IMG/VR virus record: IMGVR_UViG_3300020407_000003
Location: 56,613-76,612 of that record
Source: an uncultured virus (IMG/VR IMGVR_UViG_3300020407_000003)
Taxonomy: Duplodnaviria; Heunggongvirae; Uroviricota; Caudoviricetes
Reading direction: 5' to 3' (one strand)
Length of the DNA: 20,000 nucleotides
The position numbers and the translations under genes are program-made. Shown piece by piece: positions 1-7,976 of this stretch. Under the pieces are notes generated by a model, which was given only the letters and a program-made list of their open reading frames with translations, was not told where the DNA came from and did not search any database. Numbering within the stretch: the first letter of the stretch is position 1; each line of letters begins with the position of its first letter.

Positions 1-1161
1 ACGCTTAACGACTTTATACCCCAAATCACTTAACGTTGTGGTTAGCGCAGTATCAGTAATAGGAACGTCTTGACGATTGTCATTATAAATGACACGCTGT
101 TTAAGTTCATCAATGGTTAGCGAGCCTCTACCATTTCGTGTTGTGTCTTCTGAGAAGATAGAGATATTAGCCAGCGAGCTAAGCGGTGCCACCCAAGGTG
201 CGTTAGCAATATTGTCAATGTCACGCCACTCTACCGCATATTCGCTTGTTGGGAAGTTGTCCAGAATAAGGCTAAGTTCACCTTCCGTAGTATAGATATC
301 AACCCGGATATTAGATTGCAGCAAAGCGCTGGTGTAATAGATCTCAGGGATTGTCACCGTTAATGACTGATCCGCTACTGTTAATAATGCAGTGACCGTA
401 TCACTGGCAAATACTTGATCTGAATGCGTTGTGTGGATCTCAGTATAATTACCTTGACCGTCACCCATCCAAACACGCGCATGATAAAACTGACCATTAA
501 ACGTATAACGCTGACTTAATCCAGTAGAGACGGTAGTAGCAAAGTATTTCGGTGTCAGGCGGAATTGGAACACTTGAGCATCAATACGTAAGTAATCTAC
601 TCCGCTAATATTAACAATCTCGCTGTCAACTACGTTAGTGGTCAATGTCTGCAGTGGGTTTTCTTCCGACGTATCGTAGAGTACCTGTACTGCGTTGTTT
701 TCCAATACACGAATATCAATCGGATAGTGTAATCCAAAATACGTTTCAGATACAACAAACACGGTATTACGCGGAATAGTAATCTTCCTTAAACCAGTAT
801 TACCATCTACTACTGCTTGAGAGACAATCTCTTCCTTACTAAATAACAAGCTAAAGGTAGCGGTCGAGGGAAGAGCAAAACGTCCAATGTAATCTTCATC
901 AGCCATATGGCGATAAAGGTCTTCTTCAGTCTCAGCTAAAGTAGGATACAGCTTACGTAAAGCAATATCATTTTGAATACCTGCAGAGGCGGCTTGTACG
1001 GCGGAGGCTTCTAACAGAAAGATAAACGGATTGGTAGGGTCAGTTAGATCGTAAGTGCCATCATACGCCTCTTCAAGCGCATCTAGCGTGGTGCGCTGAA
1101 TGTTACCTGGATCAAAACGAAAACGACCCAGTTTAGACATTACGTTATTAAGCGTCGACAT
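1..1161 (-). CDS. Large virion structural protein, probable baseplate wedge-like (phiKZ gp87-like); 3' end runs off the window
   Basis: Not in the ORF track. Hand translation from ATG at 1161 gives MSTLNNVMSKLGRFRFDPGNIQRTTLDALEEAYDGTYDLTDPTNPFIFLLEASAV...RKLYPTLAETEEDLYRHMADEDYIGRFALP..., open to position 1. GGAG RBS upstream, 3 nt after the stop of the 1165..2193 gene. Family call from recalled phiKZ-like motifs and synteny. Confidence 0.75.
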   Translation of the reverse strand, partial: MSTLNNVMSKLGRFRFDPGNIQRTTLDALEEAYDGTYDLTDPTNPFIFLLEASAVQAASAGIQNDIALRKLYPTLAETEEDLYRHMADEDYIGRFALPSTATFSLLFSKEEIVSQAVVDGNTGLRKITIPRNTVFVVSETYFGLHYPIDIRVLENNAVQVLYDTSEENPLQTLTTNVVDSEIVNISGVDYLRIDAQVFQFRLTPKYFATTVSTGLSQRYTFNGQFYHARVWMGDGQGNYTEIHTTHSDQVFASDTVTALLTVADQSLTVTIPEIYYTSALLQSNIRVDIYTTEGELSLILDNFPTSEYAVEWRDIDNIANAPWVAPLSSLANISIFSEDTTRNGRGSLTIDELKQRVIYNDNRQDVPITDTALTTTLSDLGYKVVKR

Positions 1162-1164
1162 GTA

Positions 1165-2193
1165 TTATACTCCTGCTATAGCGACTTGTTCGTCGATAGT
1201 AAGTTGGTAGGTGTCTTTAGCTACCCACCATTCTAATTCGTTGTCTTCTGCTATCCTTGGATAACCTTGATAGTTAAATAAAGACAATTCTGATTTGGTC
1301 AATTTAGTAAACAGCTGCTCTCTGGTTGCATCAGCCATTTCTGGATTAAAGTAAACAACGGTTGCGTTAAACTCTTGAATACTTATAGGGTCATTGTACT
1401 CAACCCCTATGCATTGAAACGGGATAGAGATTTGTTCGTTATCGTTAGCCAAAGGACTATCGGCTGTATAGTTAAAGGCAGCACCCATGGGAACCGCTGT
1501 TGGAAATGCAGCCCCGCAGTTCGCTATTTTTTGAACATAGGTTCTCGTTGGATCCAAGACTAAACGATAGATACGCGTCATGTAGTCTATCTCATTTTCA
1601 ACGATCATCTCTGGATAAGGTACAAGCTCACCTCGACCTACCGCCATAGCGTAATGTGTCCAGGCGTAAAACAATGCAGAGATCGGGTCACCTATGATGT
1701 TACGAAAGTTTGCAGTCAATGAATACGTACCATAATTACGCGGTATGTCATCAATCATCGACCAGCTTTCTTTTGCTATACCTTCTTGTGAAGTATAGGT
1801 ATCGACATCCACATCAGGCCAACCACTGATGGATAATAAATTATTAGTTAGCATGGGGATGAATGCGCTACGTTCATCAACTAAACCAGGTGCTTTCACT
1901 GAACGCGGTGATTTAGTACCATCGGGATCTAATAAAACTCGTATCAAACGCTGTTGCGTTAACTCTGATTGAGTGAGGAGAGGGGCAAGTATACGGCTGG
2001 CGCTTAAGTTATCGTATGACAAATTTAATCTAGGCCGTGTGAAAAACGTCAGGCCGTGATTATCCGTATTCTGGGTAACCGGGTTCCCAACGCCTCGGTG
2101 GTTAATGCCTTTATGGACATTAGTTGCTGTTGCTGACAAATTCCCAAGCCCACTCCCTTTCGAGATAAGGTTAATCGTTTCACGATTTGACAT
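1165..2193 (-). CDS. Virion structural protein (phiKZ gp88-like, tail/baseplate-associated)
   Basis: 342-aa ORF with GGGAGAG RBS. Motifs GLTFFTRPRLNL and IDYMTRIYRLVLD resemble phiKZ-like structural proteins. Same strand as, and tightly coupled to, the downstream gene. Confidence 0.65.
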   Translation of the reverse strand: MSNRETINLISKGSGLGNLSATATNVHKGINHRGVGNPVTQNTDNHGLTFFTRPRLNLSYDNLSASRILAPLLTQSELTQQRLIRVLLDPDGTKSPRSVKAPGLVDERSAFIPMLTNNLLSISGWPDVDVDTYTSQEGIAKESWSMIDDIPRNYGTYSLTANFRNIIGDPISALFYAWTHYAMAVGRGELVPYPEMIVENEIDYMTRIYRLVLDPTRTYVQKIANCGAAFPTAVPMGAAFNYTADSPLANDNEQISIPFQCIGVEYNDPISIQEFNATVVYFNPEMADATREQLFTKLTKSELSLFNYQGYPRIAEDNELEWWVAKDTYQLTIDEQVAIAGV

Positions 2194-2226
2194 TCTAATT
2201 ACTCTCCCATTATAGGACTTGTTATC

Positions 2227-3276
2227 ATGATTAAAGACACGGCCGATACCACTATTTCAGTGGTGAGCAAACTAGCCGGTATAATTGAATCTGCTAAAGG
2301 CTCAACGCTAACGGATGTAACGCGATCAACACGTGTTGAACCCATTGTGATGATGGAATCGCGTTTACGCAATGAACCGTTTATGACAGATGTACTTCAA
2401 ACGCTTACTTCAATATTCACTGGCTACTATTTACAAGCCGTTGCGGTATTGACTAAAGTAAATGGCGTTGAAGTTGTCCGCACGCTAGATCGCCTAGCAA
2501 CAGAACGCTCACCGGTTGACGCAATTGGGACTGAAGCGTATAAATACGCATTGCCAAACTACGAAACTAAAACGGTAGGTAATGTTGCAGTTTCTTTACT
2601 GCCAAGCGTTGAAGATCGTGGGCTTAATGAGTTAACCACTGTCAATAACCTAGCAGTAGGTAAATTGTTCGAGGTGAGTGTAGGTGTAGGTGAGCAGAAA
2701 GTCACCATCCCTATGTCTGTTCGTCTTAACGTAAAAGACATTAACACTCAAGGTTTGGTTCATATTTTAGCCGCCGGGGTTAAGGATAACAGCGCTAAAG
2801 AACGTTTCTACCGCTGGCGTGCAGGTGAACTTAAGTTTATCCAAGATTTGATTTTGTGCCAGGACATCATCGATGCTCGTAAGCAAGCTATGTTGGAAGA
2901 TAAAACTGACACATTAGCACGTATTGAACAGCGTCGTAATAAAAACCGCCTATCCGGTATCCTATCAGGGAAAGCGTCACTTAATGATGCCTCTGGTATT
3001 GTTGTAGTATCAAGTGATACGGCTGCTGATATCGAAAAAGAAATCGGTGGTAAGTTAAGCAAGTTCAAACATCGTGAAGCATTGTTTAAAAATGCATTCG
3101 TCATGTTGATGGTTGTTGTTGATACTGAGTGGGAACGTGTCACAATCTATCATCGTGGTATTGAAGATGAGTCTGAGCTTAGCTATCGTGACTTGCAGAC
3201 TGCTAACAAGCGTACTGGTCCTGATGTTGTTGAACTGCTTAAAGCTTTTCAAGCAGGTAACACCCCTCGTTATTAA
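2227..3276 (+). CDS. Virion/internal head protein (phiKZ gp89-like)
   Basis: 349-aa ORF with AGGA RBS. First gene of the divergent head-protein operon. Call is from synteny. Confidence 0.6.
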   Translation: MIKDTADTTISVVSKLAGIIESAKGSTLTDVTRSTRVEPIVMMESRLRNEPFMTDVLQTLTSIFTGYYLQAVAVLTKVNGVEVVRTLDRLATERSPVDAIGTEAYKYALPNYETKTVGNVAVSLLPSVEDRGLNELTTVNNLAVGKLFEVSVGVGEQKVTIPMSVRLNVKDINTQGLVHILAAGVKDNSAKERFYRWRAGELKFIQDLILCQDIIDARKQAMLEDKTDTLARIEQRRNKNRLSGILSGKASLNDASGIVVVSSDTAADIEKEIGGKLSKFKHREALFKNAFVMLMVVVDTEWERVTIYHRGIEDESELSYRDLQTANKRTGPDVVELLKAFQAGNTPRY

Positions 3277-3288
3277 GGAAACGAATTT

Positions 3289-4176
3289 ATGAAACTGACA
3301 GCCCTTTTCTCATCGCTGTTACCGTCTACTTCTAAAGAGACGCTATTGGGTGATATTAACCTAATCCGTGAGTCTATCAACTTACACACGCTGCCTGTCT
3401 ATAAGACGGCAGCTGACCTAACTCGCAAAGCACCACTTAAAGGTGAGATTGCTGAGGAGTTTGAACGTAAGGCTAAGCGCAATCTAGAGCTTTACAAAGA
3501 CAACGCTATCCAGACAGTGCATACATCGCTTACACGCGCTGTAGCTAACCTGTCAGTTGTTGAAGAACTCATCCGTAAGAACATTGAACAAGATAGCTTA
3601 ATGCGTGATGCCATGACATACACGCAGGCTAGCCTAATTCAATACGTTCAGGTTGCACGCTTCTGTTCTTCTTATGCACGTCGTCTTCTGCTGGTTATGA
3701 CTGAAGAAGCATCAGAAGTATTGTCTGACGATTACAGCAAGTCAAGTAACCGCGAGATGGAATACGTCAAGCAGTACATGGATGGTTTCATTCGTGGTAT
3801 TAACGCGATTGGTGGTAAGAAACAAGATACTGTAGAAGCCTTTGAAAAGATTCCAGATATCTTGTTAAACCCTGAAACGGTAGATGTGACCAAACAGACT
3901 GTGGGTATCAACCGCATGGATCCCTTTAAGTTTAACTTGATCCCTTATCGTTGGAATCCGATCTATCACCTTCGCATGGCGATTGCTAACTATCAAGTCC
4001 AAAATGCAAAACTTGCACAAGAAGAACTTGAGTCATTAGAGCTTCGCTTACTCCACCTTAAACAACGTCGAGACGGTAAAGAAAATGCAAGTATCGAACA
4101 GCAGATTAACCACACCCAAGGACGCATCGATAAGTTGCGCTACAAACTCCATCGAGATGAAGAGAAGGCTGCCTAA
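3289..4176 (+). CDS. Virion/internal head protein (phiKZ gp90-like) with C-terminal coiled coil
   Basis: 295-aa ORF with AAGGA RBS. C-terminal heptad-like segment (AKLAQEELESLELRLLHL...IEQQINHTQGRIDKLRYKL). Synteny. Confidence 0.6.
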   Translation: MKLTALFSSLLPSTSKETLLGDINLIRESINLHTLPVYKTAADLTRKAPLKGEIAEEFERKAKRNLELYKDNAIQTVHTSLTRAVANLSVVEELIRKNIEQDSLMRDAMTYTQASLIQYVQVARFCSSYARRLLLVMTEEASEVLSDDYSKSSNREMEYVKQYMDGFIRGINAIGGKKQDTVEAFEKIPDILLNPETVDVTKQTVGINRMDPFKFNLIPYRWNPIYHLRMAIANYQVQNAKLAQEELESLELRLLHLKQRRDGKENASIEQQINHTQGRIDKLRYKLHRDEEKAA

Positions 4177-4744
4177 CCGCCCACGCATGTATCGTAACTA
4201 CAACGCCACGGTTTTTCAAAGTGGCTTAGTACAACCGTTCATCATGCGTGATGACGATACTTACTATAGTATCGAAGAAATCCATAATACGCTTCATGAC
4301 TTTATGGAGAAAGTTGTTTATCGTCGCACCGATAACATCCCAATGGAGTTGGTGAATGAGTTTGTAAAGTATGCAATCTGGTTAACAGGTGGCAGTCACT
4401 TTTACGACGTGTTGATCACACAGTGTGATAATAACATGCTGAAAGATCAAACGCGTGACTTCTTAGTTGACACAGTTGAGATGCTTTCTACTGGCTCACG
4501 TAAAATGAACGTGTATACCTGGTTGCGTCTTACTACGGCATCTACCACAGAGTGGGGTGCGTCTAAGAAAGGACCTATCTCGGATCACTCTTTATATGAC
4601 GCGTTAAAAACAACGTTGCCCGCTAACCCTATAGCGACATGGCTTGCCATGGATGGCGGTTTTGAAGACCTCCTGACAACGCTGTATATCTTATTTGCCC
4701 AAGCGAACTATGATCCTTGGCAGGTTACCCCTAACCGGGTGTAG
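4157..4744 (+). CDS. Putative virion head protein; start uncertain (4085, 4157 or 4187)
   Basis: Open frame 4085..4744 fills the gap in the operon. ATG 4157 overlaps the previous gene by 20 nt. No strong RBS at any candidate start. Confidence 0.55.
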   Translation: MKRRLPNRPRMYRNYNATVFQSGLVQPFIMRDDDTYYSIEEIHNTLHDFMEKVVYRRTDNIPMELVNEFVKYAIWLTGGSHFYDVLITQCDNNMLKDQTRDFLVDTVEMLSTGSRKMNVYTWLRLTTASTTEWGASKKGPISDHSLYDALKTTLPANPIATWLAMDGGFEDLLTTLYILFAQANYDPWQVTPNRV

Positions 4745-4807
4745 TTTTACGTAAAACTATCCAAACGTTTAATTAAACAAAAAACTTAATATGGGAGTAA
4801 GACAATT

Positions 4808-6118
4808 ATGTCTAACCGTTTAAAAACATTACTAGCCTCTACTGCACCAACAGTAGCAGTAGAAAGCCAGAAAGACAAGCCAGTAGAGAAAGCACCTGTT
4901 GTTGATCTTACCGGCCCTGCTCTAGAGCACGCTGAAGCAAACCTAGCGCTTGCTACCGTTGGTGTTGAACATGCTGATAGCGATGTAAACGAACTAATGG
5001 AAATCGCTGCAGGTCTTGAATCTATCTGTGGTGCTGCTTCTGCAACTATCCCTGAAGGCGGTCTTAAGCGTTCTGGCGCTGCTATGCTACACGTAGCGGT
5101 TGAAGGCTATGCTAACCGTTTAGGTTTGGAAGAGTCTTTCGTTCCAGGCATCGAGTCTTTCGGTTCTGAAGGCGAAGCTATCACAGCAACTCAAGTATCA
5201 GTTGAAGGTATCAAAGAAACTATTCAACGTGTTTGGGAAGCGGTTAAAGCAGCGGTACTTAAAGCGATTGAAGCAGTTAAGGCATGGTTTGCTAAGTTCT
5301 TCATCAACGCTGAGAAAATCAAAGCACGCGCTGAAGCAATCAAAGCAGGTGTTAAAGACAAAACTGGCGATGCGAAAGAATCAAAAGTTAGCGTTGGCTC
5401 TGCGGTAGCTAAATTGCACAAAGGCGGCAAGCTTGCTTCTGTTTCTACTGTAGCGGCTGAAGTTAAAACTGTACTTGGCAACGTAGTAACAGCACAAACT
5501 GAACTTACTAAAACTGCTGGTGAACTTGGCGATATCGTAGGTAAGGTTGCAAAAGAAAATGCTGAGAAAGGCGCTGAGCTATTAGTTGAAGCAGGTCTTA
5601 AGCTAGTTGAAGCACCTCAAGCATTCAAAGGCACGCTGGATCTTAAAGAAAGCACCGTTGATGGCGAGAAAGCTTACTTCTCAGACGAGTTGTTTGGCGG
5701 TAAAGTTATCAAGATGGTAGCGAATGAAAAGAGCTACTCTGCGTCACTTCAAGATAAGGCTGACGTGAAGCTTGACGATGCTGACAAAGAAGTATCAACG
5801 CTTGCAGTTGCTGACATCGAGTCATTGTGTGACCTGGTAATCGATTGTGCTGACGAACTAGCCGGTGCTAAAGATACTGTCTTTGATAAAGGTAGCGACG
5901 TTAAGAACGACCTACTTAAAGCCGGTAAAGATGCATCAGCTGCGTTAGGCGATGACGCTGATAAAGCAGTAGCATCTAACACTCAAGCAATGGTTCGCAT
6001 GCTACCTACGTTTACACGTATGGTTGACCAGCCTTCAATGGCGCTTCTTGCACACTCTGCAAAAGCACTTGGTGGCGTTCTAGACATCGCAGCTGCTTCT
6101 TCAAAGCAGTACGAGTAA
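4808..6118 (+). CDS. phiKZ-like internal head (inner body/ejection) protein with cleavable propeptide, paralog 1
   Basis: 436 aa, GGGAG RBS, Ala/Lys/Glu-rich, strongly biased codons. Multiple [S/A/G]-x-E sites in the N-terminus (AVE, ALE, GLE, GIE, SVE), followed by GIKETIQRVWEAVK, typical of phiKZ gp93-family proteins. Confidence 0.8.
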   Translation: MSNRLKTLLASTAPTVAVESQKDKPVEKAPVVDLTGPALEHAEANLALATVGVEHADSDVNELMEIAAGLESICGAASATIPEGGLKRSGAAMLHVAVEGYANRLGLEESFVPGIESFGSEGEAITATQVSVEGIKETIQRVWEAVKAAVLKAIEAVKAWFAKFFINAEKIKARAEAIKAGVKDKTGDAKESKVSVGSAVAKLHKGGKLASVSTVAAEVKTVLGNVVTAQTELTKTAGELGDIVGKVAKENAEKGAELLVEAGLKLVEAPQAFKGTLDLKESTVDGEKAYFSDELFGGKVIKMVANEKSYSASLQDKADVKLDDADKEVSTLAVADIESLCDLVIDCADELAGAKDTVFDKGSDVKNDLLKAGKDASAALGDDADKAVASNTQAMVRMLPTFTRMVDQPSMALLAHSAKALGGVLDIAAASSKQYE

Positions 6119-6127
6119 GTTAAATCG

Positions 6128-6151
6128 TAAGGTGGGCTTCGGTCCACCTTA
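6128..6151 (+). terminator. Stem-loop after head protein gene (terminator or processing/stability hairpin)
   Basis: TAAGGTGGGC-TTCG-GTCCACCTTA with a cUUCGg tetraloop. The 3' arm runs into TTATTCC. Confidence 0.75.
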
Positions 6152-6204
6152 TTCCCTGTTAAGTTAGTTTATTAACAAACCCAACACGTAATTAGGATAG
6201 AATA

Positions 6205-7539
6205 ATGCGTAACTTTTTTAAAGAACCTGTAGCGGTTAAACCAGCGCCAGTAGCGCTGAGTGTTGAAGAACAAGAAGATGCGCTAATCGCATCTGAAGAA
6301 AGCTTTCACGAATTCATTAAATTAGACGTTGAAAACCAACGCGCAATGGAAATTGCTGCGGGCTTAGAAAACCTAGCAACCGTTGCAGGTCATGTATCTG
6401 AAGCACGTAACACTGATCTTGCTTTCTTTGACGCTGGCCTTGAGCTTGCACTAGTAGGTACTGGTATCGGTACTGAAGAGATTGAGCCTGGTCTTGAAGA
6501 CATGCAGGGTAAAACCATTTCAACTGAAGCGGTTAACCAAACAGTTGAGAAGATCTGGGAAGCGATTAAGAAAGTTATCGCTAACATGTGGAAGCAGATC
6601 CAAATCTTCTGGGGCAACCTAACCAAAGCAGCACCTGGTCTTAAGCTACGTGCTGAAGCGCTAACTGAAAAGGTAGCGGAAATGGGATCAGCTACTGCAG
6701 AAGGCAAAACCTTCTCTGCAGGTCGTTCTCTTAAAGTACTATCGGTTGACGGTGCAGTACCTAAGAAAGGTTCTGACGTTATCGAAGGTCTTTCTTTGGT
6801 TGAGTCTATTACTACTCACCTTTACGGTAAGTACAAAGAGCAGCTAATTAAAGCTGGTAAAGACATCGACGCTGCGCTAGGCGAATTCGATGTAACGTCT
6901 ATCGAAACAGCACGCAGCTCACTTGACGCTGTTAGTAACGCATTTGCTACCATCCACGAGATGAGCGAGTTCAAAGGCGTTAAGATGGTTAAAGTAGGTC
7001 GCGATACACGTTTCAATCGTTCAGAATCTGTTGAAGCGGTTCACCTGCCAACTGACATGGCTATCTTCCACGTTGAAGCGCCGGTTGAAGAAAACGAAGA
7101 TGTATTGGGTCGTGCCGAGCGTATCCGTAAGTCTTCTTTGGTTGTAATGCAGTCAAGCGAGCAAGAGTCTAAAGCGAAAGATAAAGAAGCCGAGATGGAA
7201 ATCTTTGCAACATCTGACGTAGTAACTATTGCTGAGCGTTCTATTGCTATCTGCGACATGATTGCAGAACATGACGCTAAAGCGCTTAAGTCTATTGCTG
7301 ACAACATCGTTAAGGCATCTGACGCGGTTAACAAGAAGTTTAAAGCAGCAAGCAAAGACGAAGCGGGCATCAGCTCTGCGTCTAGCTACGTAGATTCAGC
7401 GATGAAGTTCAACGTTGCCTTTACTACTGCATCAACTAAGTTTGAAGCACAGGTTTCTCGCGTTGCGATGACCACTGTTCGTGCAGCTCTTAGCGTTGCT
7501 CAGTCTAACTTATCTCAGTATAAGAAAGACAAAGCGTAA
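6205..7539 (+). CDS. phiKZ-like internal head protein with cleavable propeptide, paralog 2
   Basis: 444 aa, AGGA RBS. Shares MEIAAGLE, STE-AVNQTVEKIWEAIKK and C-terminal ALSVAQSNLSQY similarity with 4808..6118. Confidence 0.8.
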   Translation: MRNFFKEPVAVKPAPVALSVEEQEDALIASEESFHEFIKLDVENQRAMEIAAGLENLATVAGHVSEARNTDLAFFDAGLELALVGTGIGTEEIEPGLEDMQGKTISTEAVNQTVEKIWEAIKKVIANMWKQIQIFWGNLTKAAPGLKLRAEALTEKVAEMGSATAEGKTFSAGRSLKVLSVDGAVPKKGSDVIEGLSLVESITTHLYGKYKEQLIKAGKDIDAALGEFDVTSIETARSSLDAVSNAFATIHEMSEFKGVKMVKVGRDTRFNRSESVEAVHLPTDMAIFHVEAPVEENEDVLGRAERIRKSSLVVMQSSEQESKAKDKEAEMEIFATSDVVTIAERSIAICDMIAEHDAKALKSIADNIVKASDAVNKKFKAASKDEAGISSASSYVDSAMKFNVAFTTASTKFEAQVSRVAMTTVRAALSVAQSNLSQYKKDKA

Positions 7540-7583
7540 GCGTTAAGCGACACGTACTAAAGAAATCCCATTATCTGGGTCTT

Positions 7584-7617
7584 AGGCTAGGAGGATTTCC
7601 TCCTAGCTTTATGCCGT
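7584..7617 (+). terminator. Terminator-like hairpin followed by TTATGCCGT
   Basis: GCTAGGAGG-ATTT-CCTCCTAGC perfect stem, ~45 nt after the stop codon. Confidence 0.8.
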
Positions 7618-7622
7618 ATATG

Positions 7623-7900
7623 TATGATGGGATATGCGGTCATTGGTTATCACGCGGGTTGTTGACGTAACATGTGTCTTCCTGCCAATTCGCAATTGAT
7701 AACAGGGTGTAGGTTTTGGGTTGGGCTATTTACCTACACGCCTCTTTTCCAACGCACCATCATGGCACGGTGTTCTCTGGTAGGTTTTTTACCTGATTTT
7801 CCCTACCACTGTACGGTTCCTGGACAGACCGTCACACCTGTAGCTGTTGACCACCAGTGTGGTCGCTGAGAGGGATGGGGTCGTAGGGGCCCCATCCCTA
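7623..7900 (+). ncRNA. Candidate structured non-coding RNA (unknown family)
   Basis: Intergenic, between two terminator hairpins, starting at a TATG (phiKZ late TSS motif). At least six stems found by eye, several with G-U pairs that favour the + strand. Confidence 0.5.
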
Positions 7901-7910
7901 CTTATGCCGT
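7871..7910 (+). terminator. Terminator-like hairpin followed by TTATGCCGT
   Basis: AGGGATGGGGTC-GTAGG-GGCCCCATCCCT, a 12-bp stem with one G-U pair. Confidence 0.8.
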
Positions 7911-7976
7911 CGGGGATGGTATGAATATAATTACCAGCCCATTAATTATGATTAGTATTAACCATGGAATGATATC

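Noticed and set aside
89..295. 68-aa plus-strand ORF
   Set aside because: Antisense shadow of the long minus-strand gene 1..1161.
2559..7370. Numerous 60-110 aa antisense and alternate-frame ORFs inside the head genes
   Set aside because: Expected by-product of strong codon bias in highly expressed genes. No supporting initiation signals noticed.
7672..7869. 65-aa ORF in the intergenic region
   Set aside because: No RBS, atypical Cys/Pro-rich composition, and it coincides with dense RNA stems. Better explained as incidental to a structured RNA, though not formally excluded.
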